Shown in pieces: positions 1 through 9,153 of a stretch of DNA of 64,000 bases. The stretch is taken from contig CAWGJT010000005.1 of assembly GCA_963822965.1 (NCBI GenBank), positions 864,001-928,000 on the forward strand. Reading direction: 5' to 3'. Numbering within the stretch: the first letter of the stretch is position 1; each line of letters begins with the position of its first letter. Made by a program: the position numbers and the translations under genes. The DNA comes from an uncultured delta proteobacterium (GTDB taxonomy: Bacteria; Myxococcota_A; UBA9160; UBA4427). Below the pieces are notes generated by a model, which was given only the letters and a program-made list of their open reading frames with translations, searched no databases and was not told where the DNA came from.

Positions 1-997
1 AGTCCGCAGCGGCCTTCACCGAGGCCTTCCGCGAAGGCCTCGGCCAGCAGGCCGCCGAGACCCAGGTGGCGCCGCCCCTGGCCGACCATCCGGGAACGGT
101 GGTGGTGGACGTGAGCGCAGCACGAGCGCAAGCGCTCCGTGCCGTGGGCGGGGATCGCGGTGGTGGCGCTGCTCCTCGCCGCGGGGAGCGCTGCCTGGGT
201 GTTCGAGCCCTGGAAGGGCGCAGCCCTTGCCCGACCTGCCCCTCGCATCCGGCGACACGCCTGCAGCGGCCGCGGCGGACAGCCCGGTGGAGTTCACCGC
301 CGGCAGCTCACCGGCAGAGAAGGAGGCCGCCTTCGAGCTCTGCCAGCGGCTGATGGGCAGCGACTGCAAGCGCGAGGACTACGCGGACGAGGCCATGCGG
401 ACCGTCACCATCGCGCCCATCGCATTCGACGATCACGAGGTGACGAACCGCGAGTTCGCGGACTTCGTCTCCGAGACCGGCTACCGCACCACCGCCGAGC
501 AGGCGGGCTTCAGCTGGGACCCCACCTTCAAGGGAACCGATCTCAGCTGGCGGGCACCCACTCGGGACGTCTCCTACCGGGACCGGATGGACCACCCGGT
601 GGTGCACGTGAGCGCCCGCGACGCCGCCGCCTACTGCGAGCACGTGGGTGGGCGGCTGCCGAGCGAGGACGAGTGGGAGTACGGAGCCCGCGGCAGCGAG
701 CGACGGATGTTCCCATGGGGAGACGAATGGGACCCGGATCGCGCCGTCTGGAAGACCGACGGCACCCGGCCCGTCGGCTCCCATCCCGAAGGCGCGAGCT
801 GGAACGGCCTGCAGGACATGGCGGGCAACGTCTGGGAGTGGACTTCGACGACGACCCCGCGGCAGACTCCCATCGTGAAGGGCGGCTCTTGGTTCGAGGC
901 CGACGGCGCGCTGCTGCGCGGCGCCACCCGCATGGAGCTCGAGAACAGCAATTGGACCAGCGCCGACGTAGGCTTCCGCTGCGTCCACGACCGCTGA
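1..997 (+). CDS. SUMF1/FGE-sulfatase (formylglycine-generating enzyme family) domain protein, 5' partial, probable frameshift near 230
   Basis: ORF 227..997 has HEVTN, HPVVHVS, RLPSEDEWEYGARG, DMAGNVWEW and GFRC motifs; a TM-like segment lies in another frame at 139-230. Confidence 0.8.
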   Translation, partial: VRSGLHRGLPRRPRPAGRRDPGGAAPGRPSGNGGGGRERSTSASAPCRGRGSRWWRCSSPRGALPGCSSPGRAQPLPDLPLASGDTPAAAAADSPVEFTAGSSPAEKEAAFELCQRLMGSDCKREDYADEAMRTVTIAPIAFDDHEVTNREFADFVSETGYRTTAEQAGFSWDPTFKGTDLSWRAPTRDVSYRDRMDHPVVHVSARDAAAYCEHVGGRLPSEDEWEYGARGSERRMFPWGDEWDPDRAVWKTDGTRPVGSHPEGASWNGLQDMAGNVWEWTSTTTPRQTPIVKGGSWFEADGALLRGATRMELENSNWTSADVGFRCVHDR

Positions 998-1071
998 ACG
1001 CGGCGCCCGGTCAGAGGAAAAGCGGAGCGGAAGCCAGAGAGAAGAGAGAGAGAGAGAGGAAGGAGATCCGC

Positions 1072-1656
1072 ATGACTCCCCGCAAGCTGACGATCCTGCT
1101 GCCGGCACTCCTGCTGCTCGGCGCCTCCGCGGCGGTCGCAGACCCGGACGCGGAGACGGCCGCCGCCATTCAGCGCCACTTCGCCCAGTCCGCCAAGGAC
1201 GCCGGCACGACGGCCAGCCCCGCGAAGGCCGAACCCACCGAATCGCCCGAAGCCCTGGTCAACTACTTCACCACCGACGTGCCCGAGGACATCACCGTCG
1301 CCGCGCGCCGTCCCCACGTCGATCTCGACATCACGTTCGACTTCGACTCGGCCGACCTCAACAAGGACGGCATCGCCCAGCTCGACACGGCGGGCCAGGC
1401 CCTGAACGACCCGCGCCTCGCGAGCCGGCGCTTCATGCTCGGCGGACACACCGACGACCTCGGCGACGCCGAGTACAACCGAGAGCTCTCGGAGAAGCGC
1501 GCCGAATCCGCCAAGCGCTATCTCATCGAGGTGTACGACATCGATCCCGCCCGCCTCGAGACCGCAGGCTTCGGCTCCCAGCACCCGAAGGACCCCCGAC
1601 ACACCCCGGAGGCGCGCAAGCGCAATCGACGGGTGGTGCTGGAGATGATCGAGTAG
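1072..1656 (+). CDS. OmpA-family (peptidoglycan-binding C-terminal domain) protein with signal peptide
   Basis: AGGAG RBS, ATG 1072; FDFDSA, GHTD, LSEKRA, NRRV motifs. Confidence 0.85.
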   Translation: MTPRKLTILLPALLLLGASAAVADPDAETAAAIQRHFAQSAKDAGTTASPAKAEPTESPEALVNYFTTDVPEDITVAARRPHVDLDITFDFDSADLNKDGIAQLDTAGQALNDPRLASRRFMLGGHTDDLGDAEYNRELSEKRAESAKRYLIEVYDIDPARLETAGFGSQHPKDPRHTPEARKRNRRVVLEMIE

Positions 1657-1734
1657 CACCGGGCCGAGGCTGGCCTTCGCGGCCGGCATCCGCGAGCATC
1701 TCCGCCCGGTCCCCGACCCGACGGAGAGACGCCC

Positions 1735-2955
1735 ATGGATCTCCCGATCCGCCCGATCCCCTTCGACCGACGCAACGAGTTCCGCGTCGCCACCGCCTAC
1801 GCGTTCGCCTGGGACGAGGGGCTGCTGGGCGACGAGCCCGACCCCGACTTCGACCCCCTGCACGAGGCCGAGCGCACGCGCGGCGCCTTCGACGGCGACG
1901 AGCTCGTGGGCACCCTCGCGGTCTACAGCCTCGAGCTGACGGTGCCCGGCGCCTCGCTCCCCACGGCCGGAACCACCGGCGTCACCGTCCGCCCCACCCA
2001 CCGCCGACGCGGCCTGCTGCGCGCCCTCATGCGGGCCCACTTCGAAGACGTGCGCGAGCGCGGCGAGCCCCTGGCCGCCCTGTGGGCCAGCGAGAGCGCC
2101 ATCTACCACCGCTTCGGCTACGGGGTGGCGGCGCCGCTCTGCAGCGAGCAGATCGACCGCGCCCACACGGCCTTCGTCCCCACCGCCCACGCCCGCGGAC
2201 GCTGCCGCATGATCGGGCGCGAGGAAGCCCAGGCGGTGCTGCCCATTCTCTACGAACGCATCCGCCAGGGCCGCCCGGGCATGATGAGCCGCAGCGACGC
2301 CTGGTGGCGTCACCGCATCCTGCTGGACGCTCCCTGGCAGCGCGGCGGCGCCACGCCCCATCGCCGCATCCTGTACGAGCAGGGAGGCGAGGCCCGCGGC
2401 TACCTCTTCTACCGCACCCGCGCCGACAAGCAGACCCAGAGCGCCATCGTCACCGAGCTCGCCGGCCTCGACGGCGAGGCCGAGCGGGGCCTCTACGACC
2501 TGGCCTGCCACCTCGACCTCCCCGAGTCGATCCTGCTGTGGAACCAGCCCGCCGACAGCCCCCTCTCCCACCTGCTGGTCGACCCGAGGCGCCTGCGGCG
2601 CACCGTGCGCGACGCGCTCTGGGTGCGGCCCATGGACGTGGCCGCCGCCCTGACGGGACGCGCGTACGCCGCCGAGGGAAGGCTCACCCTCGCGGTGCGC
2701 GACGGGTTCCTGCCGGACAACGAGGGCGCCTACGCGCTGGACGCCGGCCCCAACGGGGCCACCTGCAAGGCCGTGAAGACCGGCAGCCCGGACGTGGAGC
2801 TCGACGTGGCGGACCTCGGCGCCGCGTACCTGGGCGGCGTGGGCTTCCGGACGCTGGCCCGGGCCGGGCGCGTGCGCGGCAGCCCCGAGGCGCTGGCCCG
2901 GGCCGACGCGATGTTCGCCTGGGACCCGCCGCCGTGGAACCCGGAGGTCTTCTAG
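1735..2955 (+). CDS. Eis-like GNAT acetyltransferase with SCP2-like C-terminus
   Basis: 406 aa; VTVRPTHRRRGLLR, ALWASESAIYHRFGYG, DLGAAYLGG. Confidence 0.85.
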   Translation: MDLPIRPIPFDRRNEFRVATAYAFAWDEGLLGDEPDPDFDPLHEAERTRGAFDGDELVGTLAVYSLELTVPGASLPTAGTTGVTVRPTHRRRGLLRALMRAHFEDVRERGEPLAALWASESAIYHRFGYGVAAPLCSEQIDRAHTAFVPTAHARGRCRMIGREEAQAVLPILYERIRQGRPGMMSRSDAWWRHRILLDAPWQRGGATPHRRILYEQGGEARGYLFYRTRADKQTQSAIVTELAGLDGEAERGLYDLACHLDLPESILLWNQPADSPLSHLLVDPRRLRRTVRDALWVRPMDVAAALTGRAYAAEGRLTLAVRDGFLPDNEGAYALDAGPNGATCKAVKTGSPDVELDVADLGAAYLGGVGFRTLARAGRVRGSPEALARADAMFAWDPPPWNPEVF

Positions 2956-4620
2956 CTACTTCCCGTCCGGGAAGCGCCGATCGTAGCTGTGTTGGGGCTG
3001 TTGTCCGATCGGATCGGACCCCGAGAGTAGCGATCTCGAGGTTGGTGGCATGGGTTGGGATCCTGCGAAGAAGCTGTTTTCGATGTGCGGACGGACGTGT
3101 CCCCCGATCGAGCGCCGCTCCGGGGGTTCAGGCGAACTCGCGAGCGAGCAGGTGCCGCGCCATGGCTACGAGGTTGAAGCTCGTGACGCTCGACCAGACG
3201 TAGGACTTGAAGGAGTCGGCGCCTCGCCAGGTGCATCGGCCCATCTGGAAGGCCCGCTTGAGTGTCGAGATGACGCCCTCGATACCTGATCGGAAGTCCC
3301 GAAGCCGTCGGAAGACCCAGGCGCTCCGCACCATCTCGTGGATCTCGAGCCCGCTCTTCTTGTTGAAGGCCATGTCTTCGACCCCGAAGGTCTTGGCCGT
3401 CGCCACGTTGACCTTCGAAGCGAAGCCCCCGTCCATGGCCACCTGTCGCGGCGCCTTGCCGAACAGATTCACGTGGCGTTCGAGCGTGCGCGCCACCAGG
3501 GTGGAGTCCGTCGGGTTGCCATCCTCGACGACGCAGTCGAGGATGAGGGACGACTTGCCACCGGTCAGGCAGACCTTGTGGCCGTAGTGGGTCGCTCGGT
3601 TGTCCTTGACGAGGATGTCGGCGTGCGGCTCGAAGATCGACACGATCTTCTCGGCGGCAGGCACGCGTTCATCCTCCAGGACGCGGCGCCGAGCCTGGTC
3701 GATGACACGCGCTACGAGGGGCAGAACGGCCAGGAGCTCTTCACGAAGGGATGCCAGCGACTCCACGTCGGCGACCCGCTCGACGATGCTCCAGGCGGCT
3801 GCGTAGACTTCCTCCGTGGCGCCGATCATCGAGCGGTAGCTCGCAACCAGGTCGATCGAGCGACGATGGAACTTGATCGCGTAAGCGCGGCGCTTCACGC
3901 TACGACGACGATCGGGGAAGGCCTTGCGCAGCGAAGGGCGCTGCTTCGCCATCCGCCGCAGGATCCGGGTCATGACCCGCACCCCATCCCACAGCAACGC
4001 GGAGTCCGCAGGCTCGTGGATGTTCGCCTCGACGACCGTCGTGTCGGTGCGGATCGTCTCGCCCCGCTCGATCCCCTGGCTTCTTGCGAAGCCGATCAGC
4101 ACCCGGTGGAGGGCTTCCCAGGTCTCGGGCTGGATCCGCTTGACGTTGTCCTGAAGGGTCTGGAAGCGCGGCCACGCGTCGAGCCCGAGGCCCACGAAGC
4201 TTCGGAAGGCGGCCGAGTCCTGCAGGTGGAACTCGAGCTCGCGGTAGCTCAGCCCGTGGATCTGCTTCAGCACCGCGATCCGAAGGACCTGGTCGCCGCT
4301 CAGCCCACGCCGCCCCGTGTCGGAACGCCGCTCGCCGACCAGGTCCCGGTGGACGAACGACCCAAGTTGCGGATGGGCCTCAAGGATCCTGGCGATCATC
4401 TGCAGCTCTCGAGTATGCTGGTGGGGACCCCAGGTGGGCGTGAGTGACAGCTGGTTTTCTCGGAATTGGCGCATCGCTTCACCCCCCGGTTTGCGATTTG
4501 CTGTGTATGTTCGGGCGTTTGGCAACACCTAACATACACCGATCGCGACACGATCGGGAGGCGTGGTTGCGCCAATTCCTTTTCTACCCGGTGACTTACG
4601 AGTTCCCGGACGGGAAGTAG
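2956..4620 (-). mobile_element. Insertion sequence (ISNCY/IS5-like DDE), 1665 bp
   Basis: Perfect 18-bp terminal IRs ctacttcccgtccgggaa (2956-2973, 4603-4620); CTAG duplicated at 2952-2955 and 4621-4624. Confidence 0.92.
3128..4474 (-). CDS. DDE transposase (ISNCY/IS5-like)
   Basis: RTDTTVVE, MDGGF, RSGIEGVISTLKR motifs; lies inside the IRs; likely start ATG 4474. Confidence 0.9.
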   Translation of the reverse strand: MRQFRENQLSLTPTWGPHQHTRELQMIARILEAHPQLGSFVHRDLVGERRSDTGRRGLSGDQVLRIAVLKQIHGLSYRELEFHLQDSAAFRSFVGLGLDAWPRFQTLQDNVKRIQPETWEALHRVLIGFARSQGIERGETIRTDTTVVEANIHEPADSALLWDGVRVMTRILRRMAKQRPSLRKAFPDRRRSVKRRAYAIKFHRRSIDLVASYRSMIGATEEVYAAAWSIVERVADVESLASLREELLAVLPLVARVIDQARRRVLEDERVPAAEKIVSIFEPHADILVKDNRATHYGHKVCLTGGKSSLILDCVVEDGNPTDSTLVARTLERHVNLFGKAPRQVAMDGGFASKVNVATAKTFGVEDMAFNKKSGLEIHEMVRSAWVFRRLRDFRSGIEGVISTLKRAFQMGRCTWRGADSFKSYVWSSVTSFNLVAMARHLLAREFA

Positions 4621-4667
4621 CTAGGAGCGCGACCCAAGACGAAGTCTCGGGTCGCGGTTCCGCCGCA
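4621..4667 (+). repeat. CTAG-linked short hairpin repeat (REP/MITE-like), copy 1
   Basis: ctag-gagcgcgacccaagac-gaa-gtctcgggtcgc-ggttccgccgca; homologous to 7642-7688 and 18141-18187. Confidence 0.75.
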
Positions 4668-4695
4668 AAGGGAGCCCAACGGGCTTCCTCGGCTG

Positions 4696-6100
4696 AGGAG
4701 CCTGACCCAAGACTCGCCATTTGGTAAGTATGGCGGTCATGGGGAGTGAGATCGAGTTCAAGGGGTACGAGCAGGAGCAGGGTCAGCTGTTTCCGGCGCA
4801 TCTGAGCGAAGCGCTGGATGCGGGGGACCCGGCGTTCTTCATCAACGACTTCGTGGAAGGCCTGGATCTGGAGGCTTTCGAGTCGCAGTACGCGGCGACG
4901 GGCGAGCGGGCTTACCCGCCGCGGATGCTGCTGAAGCTGTGGCTGTTCGGCGCGATCGCCGGGGTGTACAGCGGGCGGGAGATCGCGCGGCGGGTGCGTT
5001 GGGACCTGCGCTTCCGGTATCTGGCGGGGGGTCTGTCCCCCGACTTCCGGACGATCAACCGGTTCCGGGTGCGCCACCGCACGGCGTTCGCGTGGCTGTT
5101 CCGGGAGACGGTGCAGACGGCGCGGGTCGCAGGGATGGGTCGTCTGGGCCGGGTGGCGATCGACGGGACGAAGCTGCGAGCCAATACGTCGCGCCACAAG
5201 GCGATGAGCCACCGACGGATGAAGCAGGCGGAAGCGGAGCTGGAGGCCGAGATCCGGACGATCCTGAGGAAGCTCGATCAGGTGAACGATCGAGAAGATG
5301 ACGAGCACGGGGACGACGACGGCAGTGGGGGCTTGCCGGCGGAGCTGCAGGATCGGCAACGGCGGATCGAGAAGCTGCGGGCGGTGCGCGAGCAACTGGA
5401 GGCGGAACGGGGGGAGAAACTGAAGCCGAGCAGCCAGAAGAGCTTCGCGGATCCCGACGCCAACATGATGATGACGGGCGAGGGATCGCTGCAGTACTGC
5501 TACAACGCGCAGGTAGCGGTGAGCGAGGACGGCGTGATCGTGGCGACGGGCATGACCGACTCGCCCCTCGATGTGCAGCAGCTGGTCCCGATGGTGGAGG
5601 CGGTGAAGAAGACGACGGGGCGCAAGCCTGAGGTGGCCGTGGCAGACGCCGGCTATCTGAGCGAGTCGAACCTCGAGCAGCTCCACCGGAAGCGGCAGCG
5701 TTGCCTGGTGGCGGTGCGGGGCCGCAAGCCGCGCTCCTGGCCGCGCGGGCCTCACACCCAACGAATGCACCGGACCTTGCGACTGCCCTGGGCGAGGAGG
5801 ATCTACGACCACCGCAAGACCCAGGGCGAGCGTCCCTTCGCCGAGATCAAGCAGACGATGCGCTTCCGTCGCTTCGCCTTACGCGGCAGAGCCAACATCC
5901 GGGGCGAGTGGGACCTGGTGTGCGCGGCCGCCAACCTCCTGCACCTTCACCGAGTCGCAATGGCATGAAGGAGCGAGGTGCCACCGCCGTCCACGCCTTA
6001 GATGGCTCGACGAGCCCTGTGCGAGGACCCGAAACAACCCCCAGCCGCCACCAGAAGCCGCGCCAGTACCTCGTGGCGGCGCGTCTTGGGTCAGGCTCCT
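4696..6100 (+). mobile_element. IS1182-family insertion sequence
   Basis: Perfect 18-bp IR aggagcctgacccaagac at 4696-4713 and 6083-6100 around the transposase; an alternative left end at 4625 is possible. Confidence 0.85.
4730..5968 (+). CDS. IS1182-family transposase
   Basis: AYPPRMLLKLWLFG, PDFRTINRFR, AIDGTK, YNAQ, ADAGY, GERPFAEIKQ. Confidence 0.92.
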   Translation: MAVMGSEIEFKGYEQEQGQLFPAHLSEALDAGDPAFFINDFVEGLDLEAFESQYAATGERAYPPRMLLKLWLFGAIAGVYSGREIARRVRWDLRFRYLAGGLSPDFRTINRFRVRHRTAFAWLFRETVQTARVAGMGRLGRVAIDGTKLRANTSRHKAMSHRRMKQAEAELEAEIRTILRKLDQVNDREDDEHGDDDGSGGLPAELQDRQRRIEKLRAVREQLEAERGEKLKPSSQKSFADPDANMMMTGEGSLQYCYNAQVAVSEDGVIVATGMTDSPLDVQQLVPMVEAVKKTTGRKPEVAVADAGYLSESNLEQLHRKRQRCLVAVRGRKPRSWPRGPHTQRMHRTLRLPWARRIYDHRKTQGERPFAEIKQTMRFRRFALRGRANIRGEWDLVCAAANLLHLHRVAMA

Positions 6101-6121
6101 AGCCCCTGCTCGAGGAGACAG

Positions 6122-6481
6122 ATGCAGAAGGTGAATCTCGAGGAGAAGCTCGCGCTCTTCTCCGAGCACTGGAGCCCGAAGATCGTCGGCGAGCTCAACG
6201 GACAGCACGTCAAGCTCGCCAAGCTCCTGGGCGAGTTCGTCTGGCATCGACACGCGGACGAGGACGAGCTCTTCCTGGTGCTTCTCGGCAGCCTGGCGAT
6301 CCACCTGCGAGATCGGGTGGTGCACCTCGAGCCGGGAGAGCTCTTCATCGTGCCCAGGGGCGTCGAGCACAAGCCCGTCGCGGAGCGCGAGGCGCACGTT
6401 CTCCTGCTCGAGCCCGCGTCGACGCTCAATACCGGAGACGTCCGGAACGAGCGCACGGTCGACGCTCCCGAGCGGCTCTGA
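6122..6481 (+). CDS. Cupin domain protein
   Basis: GEFVWHRHADEDELF and VPRGVEHKP motifs; GAGGAG RBS. Confidence 0.88.
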   Translation: MQKVNLEEKLALFSEHWSPKIVGELNGQHVKLAKLLGEFVWHRHADEDELFLVLLGSLAIHLRDRVVHLEPGELFIVPRGVEHKPVAEREAHVLLLEPASTLNTGDVRNERTVDAPERL

Positions 6482-6487
6482 CGCCCG

Positions 6488-7012
6488 ATGGGTCTCGATC
6501 GGAGCCCCGGGCGGGCCCGGATCCAGGCGAGGCAAGTGGAGGTCCGGGCCGCGCGCCCGGGCGAGGCCGCATCCCTGGGCGAGCTGGCGCTCCGGTCCAA
6601 GGCGTACTGGGGCTACTCGCCGGAGTTCCTGGACTCCTGCCGGCAGGAGCTCTCGGTGTCCGAGGACGCCGTCCGGGACGGGATGGCGTTCGTGATCGAG
6701 GCGGACGCGAAGCTCGCCGGCTTCTACACCCTGGAGACCCCGACCCCACCTCGCGTCGAGCTGGGCCACCTCTTCGTCGAGCCGGACCAGATCGGCCGGG
6801 GCCTCGGCCGGCGGCTGCTGGACGACGCCGTCCGCCGGGCGCGAGGGCTCGGCTTCGAGATCCTCGTGATCCAGGGCGATCCTCACGCCGCGCCCTTCTA
6901 TGAGTCGTGCGGTGCGCGACGGATCGGCACGAAGCCGTCGGCGAGCCTCGAGGGGCGGGCGCTGCCCCTGTTCGAGCTGTCCCTCCGGTCGGGATTCCGG
7001 TCGCCGCTGTGA
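6488..7012 (+). CDS. GNAT family N-acetyltransferase
   Basis: RSKAYWGY, LFVEPDQIGRGLGRRL, PFYESCG. Confidence 0.85.
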   Translation: MGLDRSPGRARIQARQVEVRAARPGEAASLGELALRSKAYWGYSPEFLDSCRQELSVSEDAVRDGMAFVIEADAKLAGFYTLETPTPPRVELGHLFVEPDQIGRGLGRRLLDDAVRRARGLGFEILVIQGDPHAAPFYESCGARRIGTKPSASLEGRALPLFELSLRSGFRSPL

Positions 7013-7120
7013 CGCGGCGCACGCAGACCCCATGCGGTGCGGTCGATCGTTGGCACCAGAGGGGACCCGGCCTCCGACAGGGAGCGGGTCTCCGGTACGC
7101 CATCCCGATCTGGAGGACCC

Positions 7121-7645
7121 ATGAATTCAATCCACCGTGCGCTTTCGACCGCATGCCTGTGTACGCTCCTGGCGCTGGGCTGTGCTTCGTCCAGGCAGTC
7201 CACCGAGCCCACCCCGGAGGTCGAGCCGACGCCCGTCGCCGACACCGACACCGAAGTGGGCGGCGCCCTCGCGCTCTCCGAGCCGGACGCCCCGGCGCTG
7301 GACCCGATCTACTTCGACACCGACCGCACTGCGCTCCGCGCGGAGGCCCGCGAGACGCTGAAGCGCTACGCGCAGCAGATCCAGCAGCACCCCGAATGGG
7401 GCGTCGTCACCATCGAGGGTCACTGCGACGAGCGAGGTAGCGAGGAGTACAACCTCGCGCTCGGCGGCAGGCGGGCCGCGGCTGTCGCGCGCTACCTGAG
7501 CGACCAGGGCGTGCCGGCAGCGCGTCTCGAGACCCGCACCTACGGCGAGGCCCGACCCGCCGCCCTGGGCCACAGCGAGGCCGCCTGGCGCCAGAATCGC
7601 CGCGCCGAGATGGAGAGCGAGACCGGCCACCTGGCTCGGCGCTAG
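7121..7645 (+). CDS. Pal-like OmpA-family lipoprotein
   Basis: GGAGG RBS; lipobox ALGC; IYFDTD, EGHCDERGSEEYNLALG, NRRAE. Confidence 0.85.
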   Translation: MNSIHRALSTACLCTLLALGCASSRQSTEPTPEVEPTPVADTDTEVGGALALSEPDAPALDPIYFDTDRTALRAEARETLKRYAQQIQQHPEWGVVTIEGHCDERGSEEYNLALGGRRAAAVARYLSDQGVPAARLETRTYGEARPAALGHSEAAWRQNRRAEMESETGHLARR

Positions 7646-7688
7646 GAGCGCGACCCAGGACGAAGTCCTGGGTCTTGGTTCCGCCGCA
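7642..7688 (+). repeat. CTAG-linked short hairpin repeat, copy 2
   Basis: ctag-gagcgcgacccaggac-gaa-gtcctgggtc-ttggttccgccgca, beginning at the stop codon of the upstream gene. Confidence 0.75.
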
Positions 7689-7947
7689 AGCCGATCCACC
7701 CCGGGTCGGCTTGCTCGTCGGGCCGCACCGCCCGCCGACCCCGGAAGGGGTCGGCGCGCCCACCGGCTCGGGCGTCGATTCGGACGCCCGAGCCAGGGCC
7801 GCCTGCACCTGCTGTCCGCCGGCTACGCGCCGAAGCGTGAGATCGTCCGACGACTCCTCGGTGTATCCCGGGTGTGCTAGCCTCGCGGACTCGACAGAGA
7901 CGCGCGGTCGGACCCGCTCCGAGCCGCCGAGCGGATGGACGGTGTGC

Positions 7948-8784
7948 ATGGCGCTCGGGAGAACGAGAACCTCTCCGCCGCAGGTCCTCTGGCTTCTCCT
8001 CGTGGCAGCGCTCGCGTACGCTGGATGGCGGACCAGCCCCGCTGACGCGGCGTCACGGGCCGGGGAGTGCGGCTCCATCGACACCGAAGCATGCGATGCC
8101 CGCTACGACCCGGTCTGCGCGAGCTGGGACACGGGCATCCGTTGCGTGCGCGCACCCTGCCCCGCCGCAGAGCCCAGGCTCTACACGAACGCCTGCCTCG
8201 CCTGTCGGGACGACCGCGTGAACGGCTTCCAGCACGGGGAATGCGCCGAGCGGCCCGAGCCCGAGATGGGCGAACGCCGTCGCGTGAAGCTCGACGGCCT
8301 CGTCGGACGGCTCACCCAGAAGGACCGCGGCGCCGTCGTGGACGTGGACCTCCACGTCTCCGAGCCCATCGCCGTGATGCGCGCCTGGATCTGGATCGAG
8401 GGCGACGCTTCTCCCGGCTCCGCCGAGTCCCTCGATCCGTCGGAGGGCGTCGTTCCGATGCCCGTGACCTTCCAGGTCGCCCTCCAGGACTCGTTCGATC
8501 GGCCGGTCTTCGATATCACTAGCCCGGTGGCGCGGCTCGGCCCCTTCGACGGTCGCTTCAAGGCCGAAGGCGTCCTCGGCCTCATGAGCGCTCGCCTGGG
8601 CCGGGCCAACTGGTCGGGTCTCTCGGACGGAAGGATCCAGCTCGAGCTCGCCTTCACGCGCAGCTGCCCCGACGCCGGCTGCCGCTACCTGGACGACGCG
8701 GTCCTCACGATCCGGCGCGCTGAGCTGGTGGTGGACGCCGTCCCGGAGAGCGAGCTGCCCCAGCGCGACGACCCCTCACCGTAG
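7948..8784 (+). CDS. Secreted hypothetical protein with Kazal-like Cys-rich N-terminal motif
   Basis: Signal peptide, then C..YDPVC...YTNACLAC...GEC; start inferred at ATG 7948. Confidence 0.6.
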   Translation: MALGRTRTSPPQVLWLLLVAALAYAGWRTSPADAASRAGECGSIDTEACDARYDPVCASWDTGIRCVRAPCPAAEPRLYTNACLACRDDRVNGFQHGECAERPEPEMGERRRVKLDGLVGRLTQKDRGAVVDVDLHVSEPIAVMRAWIWIEGDASPGSAESLDPSEGVVPMPVTFQVALQDSFDRPVFDITSPVARLGPFDGRFKAEGVLGLMSARLGRANWSGLSDGRIQLELAFTRSCPDAGCRYLDDAVLTIRRAELVVDAVPESELPQRDDPSP

Positions 8785-8853
8785 CTTCGCATCCGTCAGC
8801 AGCAGTGCGCGACTCGACCCCGAAGAAGCCATGGAAGGACACGCGGGGGATGG

Positions 8854-9075
8854 ATGCACGGACATGAGCGCTACGAAGCCAGTGTCGCGCGTTTCTGGCA
8901 GATCGTGGCCGGCGCCCTGGTCGGGCTGCTCGGGAACCCGTTCGCGGTCCTGGGCGCTGGACTTCTGGTCATGGTGCTGTCCGGAGAAGCGGCCCCAAAG
9001 GGCTCCGCTGTCGTCGGCGCGGCCTTCGTGCGCGAGGCCCACCTCTCGGATGCGCGCACGCCATCATCCGGATAG
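8854..9075 (+). CDS. Small hypothetical membrane protein
   Basis: 73-aa ORF with a hydrophobic core; no recognised family. Confidence 0.35.
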   Translation: MHGHERYEASVARFWQIVAGALVGLLGNPFAVLGAGLLVMVLSGEAAPKGSAVVGAAFVREAHLSDARTPSSG

Positions 9076-9153
9076 GCGCGACGTCAACGACCGAAGGGGC
9101 GAGCCCACTCGAGGCACCCAGAGCCTCGCTGGATCGGCCGACTCACGGCTCGC

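Noticed and set aside
139..1656. 505-aa ORF suggesting an FGE-OmpA fusion
   Set aside because: The middle is off-frame; FGE ends at 997 and OmpA has its own RBS and start at 1072
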